Virus record (IMG/VR): IMGVR_UViG_3300037851_000515
Location: 1 to 34,119 of that record
DNA length: 34,119 nt
Strand: one strand, 5' to 3'
Origin: a virus
Taxonomy: Duplodnaviria; Caudoviricetes
The position numbers and the translations under genes were made by a program. Of the stretch, positions 1-7,803 are shown in pieces (positions within the stretch are counted from its first letter, which is position 1; each line of letters begins with the position of its first letter). The notes beneath the pieces were generated by a model. That model was not told where the DNA came from and made no database searches. It worked only from the letters and a program-made list of their open reading frames with translations.

Positions 1-127
1 TCTCTGTCGTTTGATTTGATTTATAATTGCTTGTTTCGCAATTGGCGCCATTTTCATATTCAAGGCTTTTCCAATTGAAACAGCCCTGATAAATTCATCA
101 ACCGTGTCACCCATAATGCCTTTAACC
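1..127. repeat. 127-bp terminal direct repeat, left copy (circular assembly overlap)
   Basis: Bases 1-127 are identical to 33993-34119; 127 is a common maximum assembler k-mer; an ORF continues in frame across the junction. Confidence 0.95.
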
Positions 128-201
128 CACGGAATGTATCCAGTTTTTTTATTGACTATCGATGTGCCAATGCTTAGGTGTGTAAACTCATCTCTTGTCA
201 T
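1..201 (-). CDS. hypothetical protein (69 aa) spanning the circular junction; continues 33992 to 33984
   Basis: Manual translation MTRDEFTHLSIG...QIKRQRAK*; ATG at 201 overlaps the upstream stop (ATGA); TAA at 33986-33984 after circularisation; not in the ORF track. Confidence 0.7.
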   Translation of the reverse strand, partial: MTRDEFTHLSIGTSIVNKKTGYIPWVKGIMGDTVDEFIRAVSIGKALNMKMAPIAKQAIINQIKRQR

Positions 202-362
202 TTCAAACCCCAAAAGTTCATGCCGAATTTAAGAACCATAATTATCACTACGGGAACACCAACAAACAGAGTTGTAACGCCGATCAGTTGCAGGATTTGG
301 AACATAACGCTTTTCCTACCTCGCTTGATTCTGATTGCGAAAATTGTTTTATGGTCAGTCAT
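198..362 (-). CDS. small membrane protein (54 aa; alternative start at M20)
   Basis: Manual translation MTDHK...MFQILQLIGVTTLFVGVPVVIIMVLKFGMNFWGLK*; ATGA overlaps at both ends; one hydrophobic helix. Confidence 0.6.
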   Translation of the reverse strand: MTDHKTIFAIRIKRGRKSVMFQILQLIGVTTLFVGVPVVIIMVLKFGMNFWGLK

Positions 363-616
363 ATTTCCCAATCTATCTCTTGTAACTCTTTCTCAGAGTA
401 TTTTTTCCAAGTAAGAGTTATTTTTTGCTCTTCAAAATCCTCGCCGGAATCGTAGATACTGCCGAGAGCATTTGATATGCAGTCGGCAACCGCCTGAATT
501 CCTGTTGGCACATTCGGGCAGTGTGCATTTGCGGTTTGGTCCATCGGGACAATCGTTTTTTCATAGTAATCAGAAATTCCGTTAATTTCGCAACAAAGAT
601 ATTTTTTTTCAGTCAT
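359..616 (-). CDS. hypothetical protein
   Basis: 85-aa ORF tightly coupled to both neighbours in the minus-strand operon. Confidence 0.65.
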   Translation of the reverse strand: MTEKKYLCCEINGISDYYEKTIVPMDQTANAHCPNVPTGIQAVADCISNALGSIYDSGEDFEEQKITLTWKKYSEKELQEIDWEI

Positions 617-884
617 CTTTCACAGCCTCATAAGTCATTTCGAAAACGTCAGGTTTGCATGGGTAAAACTCGCCCTTAACGCCTCTAATAATCCAATCGT
701 TTTTGTTGGCTCTCATTACACCTTCTAGCGTTACGATTTCGATCACGGGACCTCCATTCGTGGTTACAAAATATTCAATGCCGTCTCGATTTTCTGCCCA
801 AGCGAATATCTTCAGCGCCGATTCAACGGAGCCATCAAACTGCATTGCTTCAATTACTACTGGTTTTTTCCTGTATTTTCCCAC
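609..884 (-). CDS. conserved phage protein (KYRKKPVVIEA...TLEG...GEFYPCKPDVF family)
   Basis: Recognisable widespread phage protein motif; start reassigned to GTG 884 after GGAGAGGA; the upstream MAMA tract is the shadow frame of the Gly repeat. Confidence 0.85.
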   Translation of the reverse strand: MGKYRKKPVVIEAMQFDGSVESALKIFAWAENRDGIEYFVTTNGGPVIEIVTLEGVMRANKNDWIIRGVKGEFYPCKPDVFEMTYEAVKDD

Positions 885-885
885 T

Positions 886-1305
886 TCATCCTCTCCCAGA
901 TCCATCGCCAAAGCCATCGCCATCACCAAAGCCACAGCCATCGCCTTCGCCTGATCCATCGCCATAGCCCGATCCCGAGCCATCGCCTGAGCCATCGCCT
1001 GCGCCATAGCCATCGCCATAGCCCCAGCCAGAGCCAATAAATTTACTATCCAACTCTTCCAAGATGGTTATTTTTCCCGTGACATATTTTTTGCTATCTG
1101 TGTCGTATTCCTCGGCAGAGATTTTGCAAAACCTATTTGCTCCATCATTTGGATAAAATGTAAACACGTCAAACAGAGTTTTGCAAAAATGAAATCCTTG
1201 ACGACAAAGAACTATATCGTTGATCTCATACGTTTTTCCGACCTCAAATTGAAACCCTTGACAACGAAGATTTTCGTCGAAGCCTTTAAAACCCAGCATT
1301 TTCAT
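886..1305 (-). CDS. phage protein with a DUF7666-like N-terminal domain and a Gly-rich GDG/GYG tail
   Basis: GFKGFDENLRCQGFQFEVGKTY...LCRQGFHFC motif followed by GSGWGYGDGYGAGDGSG repeats; start at M29 with AAAGGA RBS and ATGA overlap. Confidence 0.75.
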   Translation of the reverse strand: MKMLGFKGFDENLRCQGFQFEVGKTYEINDIVLCRQGFHFCKTLFDVFTFYPNDGANRFCKISAEEYDTDSKKYVTGKITILEELDSKFIGSGWGYGDGYGAGDGSGDGSGSGYGDGSGEGDGCGFGDGDGFGDGSGRG

Positions 1306-1493
1306 TTTATTTCCTTTATCCCTTCGCGCTTTTTTGCTAGCCAATCGATTGTCATGCCGATTATTCCGACTTCCCAAATTAGACAGCACAGAGCGAAGAT
1401 ACCAATAAATTTTGGCTCGATTTTAGGTTTCAGGGCAATAAAAATCGATAGTGAGATTAAAACATGAAAAAACAAAATCCATTGCATAATCAA
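1302..1493 (-). CDS. small membrane protein, two TM helices
   Basis: 63 aa, two hydrophobic segments and a basic C-terminus; GAGG RBS upstream. Confidence 0.65.
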   Translation of the reverse strand: MIMQWILFFHVLISLSIFIALKPKIEPKFIGIFALCCLIWEVGIIGMTIDWLAKKREGIKEIK

Positions 1494-1591
1494 CCTCGCT
1501 ATTGTAGTTGTGATTATCTGTTATCATATTTTTTTTCAAAGGGCAATTTATTTTGGCGCAAAATAAAACAAAGAAAAAAATATTCGCTCAT

Positions 1592-1849
1592 ATGCGCTTG
1601 CATACTGCGGTTGACCCGGATACTCATAAGAATATTTTGGAATATTGTGAGCAAGTTGGTTGGACTGTATCTATGTTTTTACGTTACAGTATCAATCAAT
1701 TTATTTCGTTGCCAAGAGATTTGCTAGAAATTAAAAAGGGTCCGAAAATAAAAAAAAACCATCTCGCCGGGAAGCTGACTTGTGAACAAAATTATAAAGC
1801 CCGGTTTTCGGTTTTTCCGGGTTTCTCTTCTTCATCTTCAATCTTATAA
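1592..1849 (+). CDS. putative ribbon-helix-helix (Arc/CopG-like) DNA-binding protein
   Basis: MRLHTAV (beta) - DPDTHKNILEYCEQ (helix A) - VG - WTVSMFLRYSINQF (helix B) pattern; counter-oriented to the flanking genes. Confidence 0.6.
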   Translation: MRLHTAVDPDTHKNILEYCEQVGWTVSMFLRYSINQFISLPRDLLEIKKGPKIKKNHLAGKLTCEQNYKARFSVFPGFSSSSSIL

Positions 1850-2241
1850 AGGTACATATTGACGTGTTCTTGCGGCGATGTTGATACGTTTTTTTTCAAG
1901 AAAACTTCAAAGAAAATACTGTCGTCAATTCCTGTCAATTCTGTGAAGCAATCAAAAAGAATTTTTTGAAAATTAGTGACATCAATTTTTTTGATTTCAT
2001 TTTTTTTTGTGTAGACGCGATCATATCGAAACCAATATTCGACTATTACGCCAGCTTTTTGCCATTGCTTCATGTCGTTTTTTCGCACGTGTATTTGTGA
2101 CCATGCCCACAATTTAAAATCTTGTTGAAACTCTTTTGCAATCTTTGTGTAGTGTCGTCCTCTTCCATGAGACGATGTTGCATAAATGCAATTTTCACTC
2201 GGTGGCATTGGAATGTGCAAAAACGAATATTGATTATTCAT
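1792..2241 (-). CDS. rusA: RusA-family Holliday junction resolvase
   Basis: IPMPPSEN N-terminus and D-x-x-N-x-x-K-x-x-x-D...GIDDS catalytic pattern. Confidence 0.85.
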   Translation of the reverse strand: MNNQYSFLHIPMPPSENCIYATSSHGRGRHYTKIAKEFQQDFKLWAWSQIHVRKNDMKQWQKAGVIVEYWFRYDRVYTKKNEIKKIDVTNFQKILFDCFTELTGIDDSIFFEVFLKKNVSTSPQEHVNMYLYKIEDEEEKPGKTENRAL

Positions 2242-2494
2242 CGGCAACAAGTCCTAATTCTTTTTGTGACGCGTTCAAAATCCAACAGAGTTTTGCGGCA
2301 TGTCCTCGATTTGGGAATGACCTATTTGTTTCCCATTGAGAAATGGTTGAAGGCATCACACCGACATCGAATGCAAGTTGTTTTTGACCATAGTTTTGAT
2401 TTTGTCGATATTGCCTGAGTCGTTTTCCAAAGTCTTTAGTGCCTGTAGAAATAGGCTTCCGAAGATTGTTTTTGTTGGATCTGATTTTTGCCAT
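2234..2494 (-). CDS. XRE-family helix-turn-helix regulator
   Basis: FGKRLRQYR...QKQLAFDVGVMPSTISQWETNRSFP is a canonical HTH_3 pattern. Confidence 0.9.
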   Translation of the reverse strand: MAKIRSNKNNLRKPISTGTKDFGKRLRQYRQNQNYGQKQLAFDVGVMPSTISQWETNRSFPNRGHAAKLCWILNASQKELGLVADE

Positions 2495-2700
2495 GGTGCA
2501 AACATTTCTTTCAGAATGATATCAAATTTTTGGTAAAGCTCGATAAAGAGCACATTAAGATAATCGTCATTATTCAGCTGATGTTTTTTGATTGGCACAT
2601 CAATTTCGCAGGTTTTTTTTGTTGCGTTATCGGAGACGCGAATTGACACTTTTCGCTCAAAGACTGGTTCTTTTGTTGGCCATGCTGGCGGGAATCCCAT
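2356..2700 (-). CDS. hypothetical protein
   Basis: 114-aa ORF with AGGAG RBS; overlaps the XRE gene by 139 bp. Confidence 0.6.
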   Translation of the reverse strand: MGFPPAWPTKEPVFERKVSIRVSDNATKKTCEIDVPIKKHQLNNDDYLNVLFIELYQKFDIILKEMFAPWQKSDPTKTIFGSLFLQALKTLENDSGNIDKIKTMVKNNLHSMSV

Positions 2701-2718
2701 AAGCTATTTCTCCTATTA

Positions 2719-2762
2719 ATGAATTGATCATGAATTGATGTTGAAATTATTTTAAAATAATT
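2719..2762. promoter_or_regulatory. putative operator region
   Basis: Perfect 18-bp palindrome AATTATTTTAAAATAATT (2745-2762) next to two ATGAATTGAT direct repeats (2719-2728, 2730-2739) in an AT-rich intergenic gap. Confidence 0.4.
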
Positions 2763-2837
2763 AATGTCTTTCTAATTTATTAACCAAGTCGTTTTTTGTA
2801 AGCGATAATCGATTTTCGTCATTTCCTGGCCCTTGCC

Positions 2838-3173
2838 TCATCTTTTTTGCTTTCGTCGATTCGCGCCGTGGTTTTGTTTGAATGGCGCGGTTGTTTTTTT
2901 GGTTTCTTCGATCTCGGTATCGAAATCGTCGTCCTCGTCGGTCACGCCTTGTCGCTCTAACCTAATTGCCCTGCTTAAAATTTGATCAATTGTTGGCATT
3001 CCGGCGGTCACGGGATAATCGCGATAAAACTCGACAAGCGCTAGACTGGCGAAATTCGAATTCACCGTTGAAAGTTCTTCAACCCAGCGACGAAGAGCCT
3101 CGGTTGAAATTTGTGTGTTGTGTTTTTTTGCGTTGTCCAAAACGAGTTCGATGAGAGTCCATTCGCTGTCCAT
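2838..3173 (-). CDS. putative helicase loader/inhibitor (SPP1 G39P / lambda P-like)
   Basis: W..EL......A.........PT...I helical pattern; located just downstream of the initiator and DnaB genes. Confidence 0.5.
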   Translation of the reverse strand: MDSEWTLIELVLDNAKKHNTQISTEALRRWVEELSTVNSNFASLALVEFYRDYPVTAGMPTIDQILSRAIRLERQGVTDEDDDFDTEIEETKKTTAPFKQNHGANRRKQKR

Positions 3174-3183
3174 TTTTTCTCCT

Positions 3184-3363
3184 TCAAAATTTTGGTGTGA
3201 GATTTATTTCTATCATTTTTTTCGTGAAGTCTTCAAGGTCTGCTTTGATCTCGTCCATCAAGCTGATTTGAGAAATTTCGTCTCTCTCGGTTCTTTCGTC
3301 TTCAAGTTCTGCCTTTATTTTTCGAAACTCATTTCGTATCCGTTTTTTAAAATTTGATTTCAT
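3184..3363 (-). CDS. hypothetical protein (59 aa)
   Basis: Manual translation MKSNFKKRIRNEF...INLTPKF*; AAGGAG RBS; fills the operon gap; below the ORF-track cutoff. Confidence 0.7.
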   Translation of the reverse strand: MKSNFKKRIRNEFRKIKAELEDERTERDEISQISLMDEIKADLEDFTKKMIEINLTPKF

Positions 3364-3496
3364 TTTTTTCTCCTTGGTTTTTTTTCACTGTCTTCAAGTC
3401 TCGCCAAAATAGCAGTAATTTTTTTTGGTATTCTTCCGGAGACAAATTCAATTTCCGCAAAGCCGCTTTTTGTTCTTCGTATTCTTGCCAATCCAT
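3347..3496 (-). CDS. small hypothetical protein (49 aa as assembled; see frameshift finding)
   Basis: Manual translation MDWQEYEEQKAALRKLNLSPEEYQKK...; starts 2 nt after the DnaB stop, with GGAG upstream. Confidence 0.6.
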   Translation of the reverse strand: MDWQEYEEQKAALRKLNLSPEEYQKKLLLFWRDLKTVKKNQGEKNEIKF

Positions 3497-3498
3497 TT

Positions 3499-4773
3499 TC
3501 AAAACTCCATTTCGAAAAATTTGTTAAGCGCGAAATCAACAGTTAATTCGATGGAGCCTTTTTTCCCGAATCTGTTTTTCGCAACGATAAGCCAGTTTCG
3601 TTTTTTCTCGTCGATGTTTTCCTCGTGGAGCATCATAACGACATCGGCATCCTGTTCGATTGATCCGCTGTCTTTGATGTGATGAAGTTGCGGCATTGAA
3701 TTTGCTGCATCGCGATTTATTTGCGCAAGCGTGATCACCGGAATATCCAAATCAAGCGCCAACATTTTCAAAACGCCTGAGATATACGAAACCTCAGCAT
3801 ATCGATTCGTGAATTTTTTTGTCGCACATTGCATCAGCTGCAAATAATCAACAACTATTGCGTCGAGTTCGTGTGATTTTTTCAATTGCCTAGCTTCGGC
3901 CTGTATCACTTCAATCGATCGTCCAAATCGACTGTTGAAAAAAGTTTTTGATTTTGCAATTTCGATTGCGCACGACATGATGTCAGAAGCTTGATCGTTT
4001 GAAAGCGCACCGTTCATGAGCAAAGAGGAATCAATTCTTGCTTCGCATGACAAAAGTTTTTCAATTATTTCGATGTTCGACATTTCACCAGAGAAAAAAG
4101 CAACGACCCTTTGTTGTTTGATGAAATTTTCCAAAAGGTTTATTGCAAATGTCGTTTTGCCAATTGACGGCCTTGCCGCAATCACATAAAGCCGGCCTGG
4201 ACAAAATCCCTGCACATGAGCGTCGATTTTTTTGAATCCGGTTTTCAATCCTCGCGGATTTCCATTTTTAAAATTCTCCATTCGCGTCTCAAGAACTTGC
4301 GTGTAATCAATCAAAAGTTCACACGCTGATTGCGTCGTCGCTATTTGTTCCGATGCAAAAAACCTTGAGGAGATCCCTTCGAATTCTTTTTTCAGGTCAT
4401 CTATTTTTTCAAATGGCTTTCGGTTGAAAATTTTCAATCCTATTTTGTGAATTTCTTGGCCGAAATATTTTTGAAAAGAAATTGTTTTTAATTCGTTCGC
4501 CCAATGCGAAAAGCTGGCAGCTATCGGAGCGCCTTCAGCGAGCGCTATCATATCGGGAATTTCCGCCGCCGGTATTTTGATGCCGACGGAAGCAAGATCA
4601 ATTTCTCGATTCTCAAGATCGCATTCAATCATCGCAGAAAAAATTCTGCGACATTTGTCACAGGAAAACATTTCGGCTTTCAAATCTAAGACGATTGCCT
4701 GCCTAATTAATTTGCCATCGCGCAAGATCATGCCGAGTAAAGTTTTTTCTACGCTGTCTATTTGTTCGCTCAC
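3499..4773 (-). CDS. dnaB: replicative DNA helicase, DnaB family
   Basis: Walker A AARPSIGKT, IVVDYLQL, LAQINR, SGSIEQDAD, KNRFG. Confidence 0.97.
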   Translation of the reverse strand: MSEQIDSVEKTLLGMILRDGKLIRQAIVLDLKAEMFSCDKCRRIFSAMIECDLENREIDLASVGIKIPAAEIPDMIALAEGAPIAASFSHWANELKTISFQKYFGQEIHKIGLKIFNRKPFEKIDDLKKEFEGISSRFFASEQIATTQSACELLIDYTQVLETRMENFKNGNPRGLKTGFKKIDAHVQGFCPGRLYVIAARPSIGKTTFAINLLENFIKQQRVVAFFSGEMSNIEIIEKLLSCEARIDSSLLMNGALSNDQASDIMSCAIEIAKSKTFFNSRFGRSIEVIQAEARQLKKSHELDAIVVDYLQLMQCATKKFTNRYAEVSYISGVLKMLALDLDIPVITLAQINRDAANSMPQLHHIKDSGSIEQDADVVMMLHEENIDEKKRNWLIVAKNRFGKKGSIELTVDFALNKFFEMEF

Positions 4774-5723
4774 AGTTTCATTTTCTCCAGTTCCGAATTC
4801 GTGTTTTTGACATCACGATCGAGCTGTCTGATTGTCGCGCTTGTTGTTTTGTTATCGTACGCACCTTCAAAAGCTTTCGTCGAATTCGTCTCGTTTTTTA
4901 TCAACCAATCAAACGTTGCCCAATTGCCGTCATTTGCGAAATCACTGGCCGATAGTTTGCGAATTGCTTTTGTCCAATATTCCAGATCCGAATTTTCTTC
5001 AAGACGTTTATCGAGTTTTGAAATTCTGTCCCTGGTGAGTCGAGAAACCTTCTTCAATGTTCCGCAGTTTTCATTCCAAATTTTCAAAACAAGTTCTCGA
5101 TGTGATTTTCTTGAAGATTGAATTTTTTTGTCTTCTGTCATCTCGTCGATTGCTAAATCGACATAAGTATTTTTCTTAGATTTAATTTTTAAATTAGGAG
5201 TAGGAATAGGAGTAGGAATAGGAATAGGAATAGGAATAGGAATAGGAATATCGTTCTGTTCGTTCTGTTGTTCGTTCTGTTCGTTCAGAACATTAACAGA
5301 ACATTCGTCAACACTCGTTGAACGTTCGTTCTGTTGTTTTGCTTCTTTTTTGGGCAAATTGAATAGTTTTGGCGAATTTGTCCCAAATAAGGCTTTTCTT
5401 TTAGCTGCTGAAATTTTGCCAGCAACAGAGTTTTTCTTAAGATATTCAATGCGTTCCGCTACTCCGCAAACGTGAAACATTCCATCAATTTCAATAACAA
5501 GTTCGCTTTCTAAAATAGCGCTTAAAAATTTTTGATCACCCCATTTTTCAGCAGCGCGCAATAACTCTGTTCGAGTAATATCTATCCTTTTGTTTTCATA
5601 GCAAAAATGCCAAATATTAAGCATGCGCCCTTGAATTAAAAATCTGTGTTCACCAACTAAACCAGCTAAATGATTGATTCGCGGATCGGAAAAAAAAATC
5701 GAATCGATTGAAATTCTTGCCAT
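4770..5723 (-). CDS. phage replication initiator (replisome organizer, lambda O-like)
   Basis: Directly upstream of DnaB; central repeat-rich linker (PIPIPIP, EQN); C-terminal ...W.ATFDWLIK....K..EGAY motif typical of phage initiators. Confidence 0.85.
   Translation of the reverse strand: MARISIDSIFFSDPRINHLAGLVGEHRFLIQGRMLNIWHFCYENKRIDITRTELLRAAEKWGDQKFLSAILESELVIEIDGMFHVCGVAERIEYLKKNSVAGKISAAKRKALFGTNSPKLFNLPKKEAKQQNERSTSVDECSVNVLNEQNEQQNEQNDIPIPIPIPIPIPTPIPTPNLKIKSKKNTYVDLAIDEMTEDKKIQSSRKSHRELVLKIWNENCGTLKKVSRLTRDRISKLDKRLEENSDLEYWTKAIRKLSASDFANDGNWATFDWLIKNETNSTKAFEGAYDNKTTSATIRQLDRDVKNTNSELEKMKL
5160..5340. repeat. putative replication origin (iterons) inside the initiator gene
   Basis: Nine TAGGAR hexamers (5195-5248); TCGTTCTGT copies at 5251, 5260, 5272 and 5326 plus inverted CAGAAC copies; adjacent AT-rich tract 5160-5195. 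Confidence 0.65.
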
Positions 5724-5732
5724 ATTTCACCG

Positions 5733-5835
5733 AAAAAGGGTGCCTCCTCCCCGTTGGAACTGTAAGAACCTGACCGAACCACTGATTCGCAACAGTTTAG
5801 AGGCATTTTTTTGAATAAATAAATTCGGTCAGTTG
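5733..5835 (-). ncRNA. putative structured cis-regulatory leader or small RNA upstream of the initiator
   Basis: Nested stems TGCCTC/GAGGCA, AACTGT/ACAGTT, GAATC/GGTTC; loop sequence TTCGGTCAG complementary to CTGACCGAA at the transcript 5' end; T-run after the stem. Confidence 0.5.
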
Positions 5836-5845
5836 ATTAAAGGGC

Positions 5846-5874
5846 ATCCTATTTTGGGTGAAAATAAAAGTCAA
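5846..5874 (-). promoter_or_regulatory. sigma70-type promoter for the replication operon
   Basis: TTGACT-17 bp-TAGGAT on the minus strand. Confidence 0.7.
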
Positions 5875-5882
5875 CAAAAATT

Positions 5883-5910
5883 AAAAAACCCGGCAAATTT
5901 ATCGCCGGGA
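5883..5910 (-). terminator. intrinsic terminator after the RecT-like gene
   Basis: CCCGGCGA-TAAAT-TTGCCGGG hairpin followed by TTTTTT on the minus strand. Confidence 0.8.
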
Positions 5911-5954
5911 AATAGATTGTTTGTGCCAAGTTTTGAAAAATTATGAAATGCGTT

Positions 5955-7232
5955 TCAATCTATTTTTTTCGGAGTTTTAAGCTTTTTTATCATATCAACC
6001 AATTTTTCTGTTTTGCCATCGTGAGCTTCACGCATCGCAATTGCCAATGACTGTCTATCCCACGAATCAAGATCTGTGATACAATCACGTAGCTCTATAA
6101 ATAAAGCCTTCAAACCGTTTTTAATTTCAGGCCGATTGCATGTTTCACAAACGTAATCATAAATTTTTTGATCTTGGATGTTTAAAAACGTTTTCGTTTC
6201 AGGAGCGGATTTTTTCACTTCTTCAACAGCTGTTTGTTTTGGTGATATTTCTTCTGGTGTTGTTAATTTTGTTTTGGTGCTTTTTTTCTTCGTCGATTCT
6301 TCAGCAACATAAGATTTTTCTTTTCTTTCGACTTGATCAATCGCATCAAGAATCATTGAATACGTTGCTGATAGATCATCAAGATTGTCCATATCATCAA
6401 CATCTTTTTTCGACAGTTCAACATCAAGTTTTACGTTTTGCGCAGAAGCCCGGTCAAGCAAATCAAAAATTTCACGTTTTGCTTTGTCTAAAATAGATTT
6501 TTTTCTTTCGAGTGTTTCATCACTCACGACATCAGCGATTCGTTTCGCCATCATCTCACGGTCTGTTTTTTCATGCTCAACATCAACATCGATTATTTCA
6601 CCAGGCTCCAACCCCACCGACACACCACGAAGTGGCAAATGATGCTTATAGATGTCTCTTTCCGCTCGTGTGACGAGTGTTTGATAGATGTCCTTTTTGC
6701 TGCCTCTTCCAGGCATCGGTTTGCCATTGCTGCCCTTTGCGTCTAGTTCCGCACGTTCCAAAATTCCAAAACCCGTGACCGTGATTTCACGTCCGCCGTA
6801 AGAAATCTTTTGCTCAATAGCTAAAGCTCTATCACCGGGGGTTACGTCTAGCATTAGATTTTCATCATTCGTGAGCGGTCTTATTTTGCGATCGCCTAGA
6901 GAAAACCCAGCCGTTGAATGAGCAATGTGACGCAAGCCTTCGCCAGCTACGTAAAGCTTATTGCCTAAATAATAAAGCTGTCCCATGCCTGGCATTAGGC
7001 CTAATTGCAACGACGTTGCGATTGCCAGACACTTTGCAGCCTTTGGCATATCTCCATTATTCGCCCAGCCGAAAGAACTGTCTGGAAGTTGTAAAAAAGA
7101 CCAAATCGCGGCTACATTCAACCTTTCTTTTAATTCGGGATGTGAAACGGTGATTGCTTCAATCAACGCTTGAAGTTCTTTTTGTTGATTCTGTTGTGCC
7201 ACTAATTGATTGTTGTTTTGATTCTCTGACAT
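5955..7232 (-). CDS. RecT/Redbeta-like single-strand annealing protein with a long C-terminal extension
   Basis: LQLGLMPGMGQLYY...YVAGEGLRHIA core pattern; follows Gp157; start reassigned to MSENQ (AAGGAG RBS). Confidence 0.65.
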   Translation of the reverse strand: MSENQNNNQLVAQQNQQKELQALIEAITVSHPELKERLNVAAIWSFLQLPDSSFGWANNGDMPKAAKCLAIATSLQLGLMPGMGQLYYLGNKLYVAGEGLRHIAHSTAGFSLGDRKIRPLTNDENLMLDVTPGDRALAIEQKISYGGREITVTGFGILERAELDAKGSNGKPMPGRGSKKDIYQTLVTRAERDIYKHHLPLRGVSVGLEPGEIIDVDVEHEKTDREMMAKRIADVVSDETLERKKSILDKAKREIFDLLDRASAQNVKLDVELSKKDVDDMDNLDDLSATYSMILDAIDQVERKEKSYVAEESTKKKSTKTKLTTPEEISPKQTAVEEVKKSAPETKTFLNIQDQKIYDYVCETCNRPEIKNGLKALFIELRDCITDLDSWDRQSLAIAMREAHDGKTEKLVDMIKKLKTPKKID

Positions 7233-7803
7233 GTTTTTTCTCCTTCGCGGGCTTTGCCCCGATTGTAATGAAGTGACTTGTTTTTGTTTCAAACGATTTT
7301 TCAAGTATCTCGTTTTTATTTGTTTTCAAAAATTCTGCAACCGCTTTTTTATCCCATACGTAGGATTGTTTCACCAATCCAAATTTTCCCAACTCCAAAA
7401 AATCTCTAGGACCAGGATCACGCATGTTGGATAACGACTCTCTTTTTTGCACAGACATTTGATAAAGATTGCCTGGGATTTTTTCAAAGTTGTTTTCAAT
7501 CATGGTCTCGGCAAAATAAGCACGCATCGCGTCAATCCGATTATCAAAGGCCTTGGCTTTGTCCAAGAATTCTTTTGCTGCATCTCGAAAATACTCTGCA
7601 CGAATTTCTAGTTGATCTAATATGTATTTGATTGAATCAACTTTGTTCAATAGCACACTTAAAATTTGCGGCATTTTTTCCGGCGAAATCTGCAATAAAC
7701 CGTGATCGGCTTGATCTAGCGTTTGCAATATCTCCGACAGAGTTTTTTCTGCTAGGTTTTCCTCGTCTAAAATTGACGTAGGAATAAGACTTTCAATACC
7801 CAT
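7159..7803 (-). CDS. Siphovirus Gp157-family protein
   Basis: NKVDSIKYIL..LE...E.F...AK.F..KAKAFDNRID.MR.Y...M coiled-coil pattern and the ..DKKAV tail; typical neighbour of SSAP genes. Confidence 0.75.
   Translation of the reverse strand: MGIESLIPTSILDEENLAEKTLSEILQTLDQADHGLLQISPEKMPQILSVLLNKVDSIKYILDQLEIRAEYFRDAAKEFLDKAKAFDNRIDAMRAYFAETMIENNFEKIPGNLYQMSVQKRESLSNMRDPGPRDFLELGKFGLVKQSYVWDKKAVAEFLKTNKNEILEKSFETKTSHFITIGAKPAKEKKHVRESKQQSISGTTESTKRTSSVD

Noticed and set aside
1-127. Physical terminal repeat of the virion DNA
   Set aside because: The length equals a standard assembler k-mer and the junction falls mid-ORF, far from terS; best explained as a circular assembly overlap
885-1037. 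N-terminal MAMAMA extension of the 142-aa ORF
   Set aside because: Shadow frame of the Gly repeat in the upstream gene; a good RBS plus GTG exists at 884
5195-5340. CRISPR-like or microsatellite contingency array
   Set aside because: Units are 6-9 bp without unique spacers and lie in frame inside the initiator; they fit iterons and a linker
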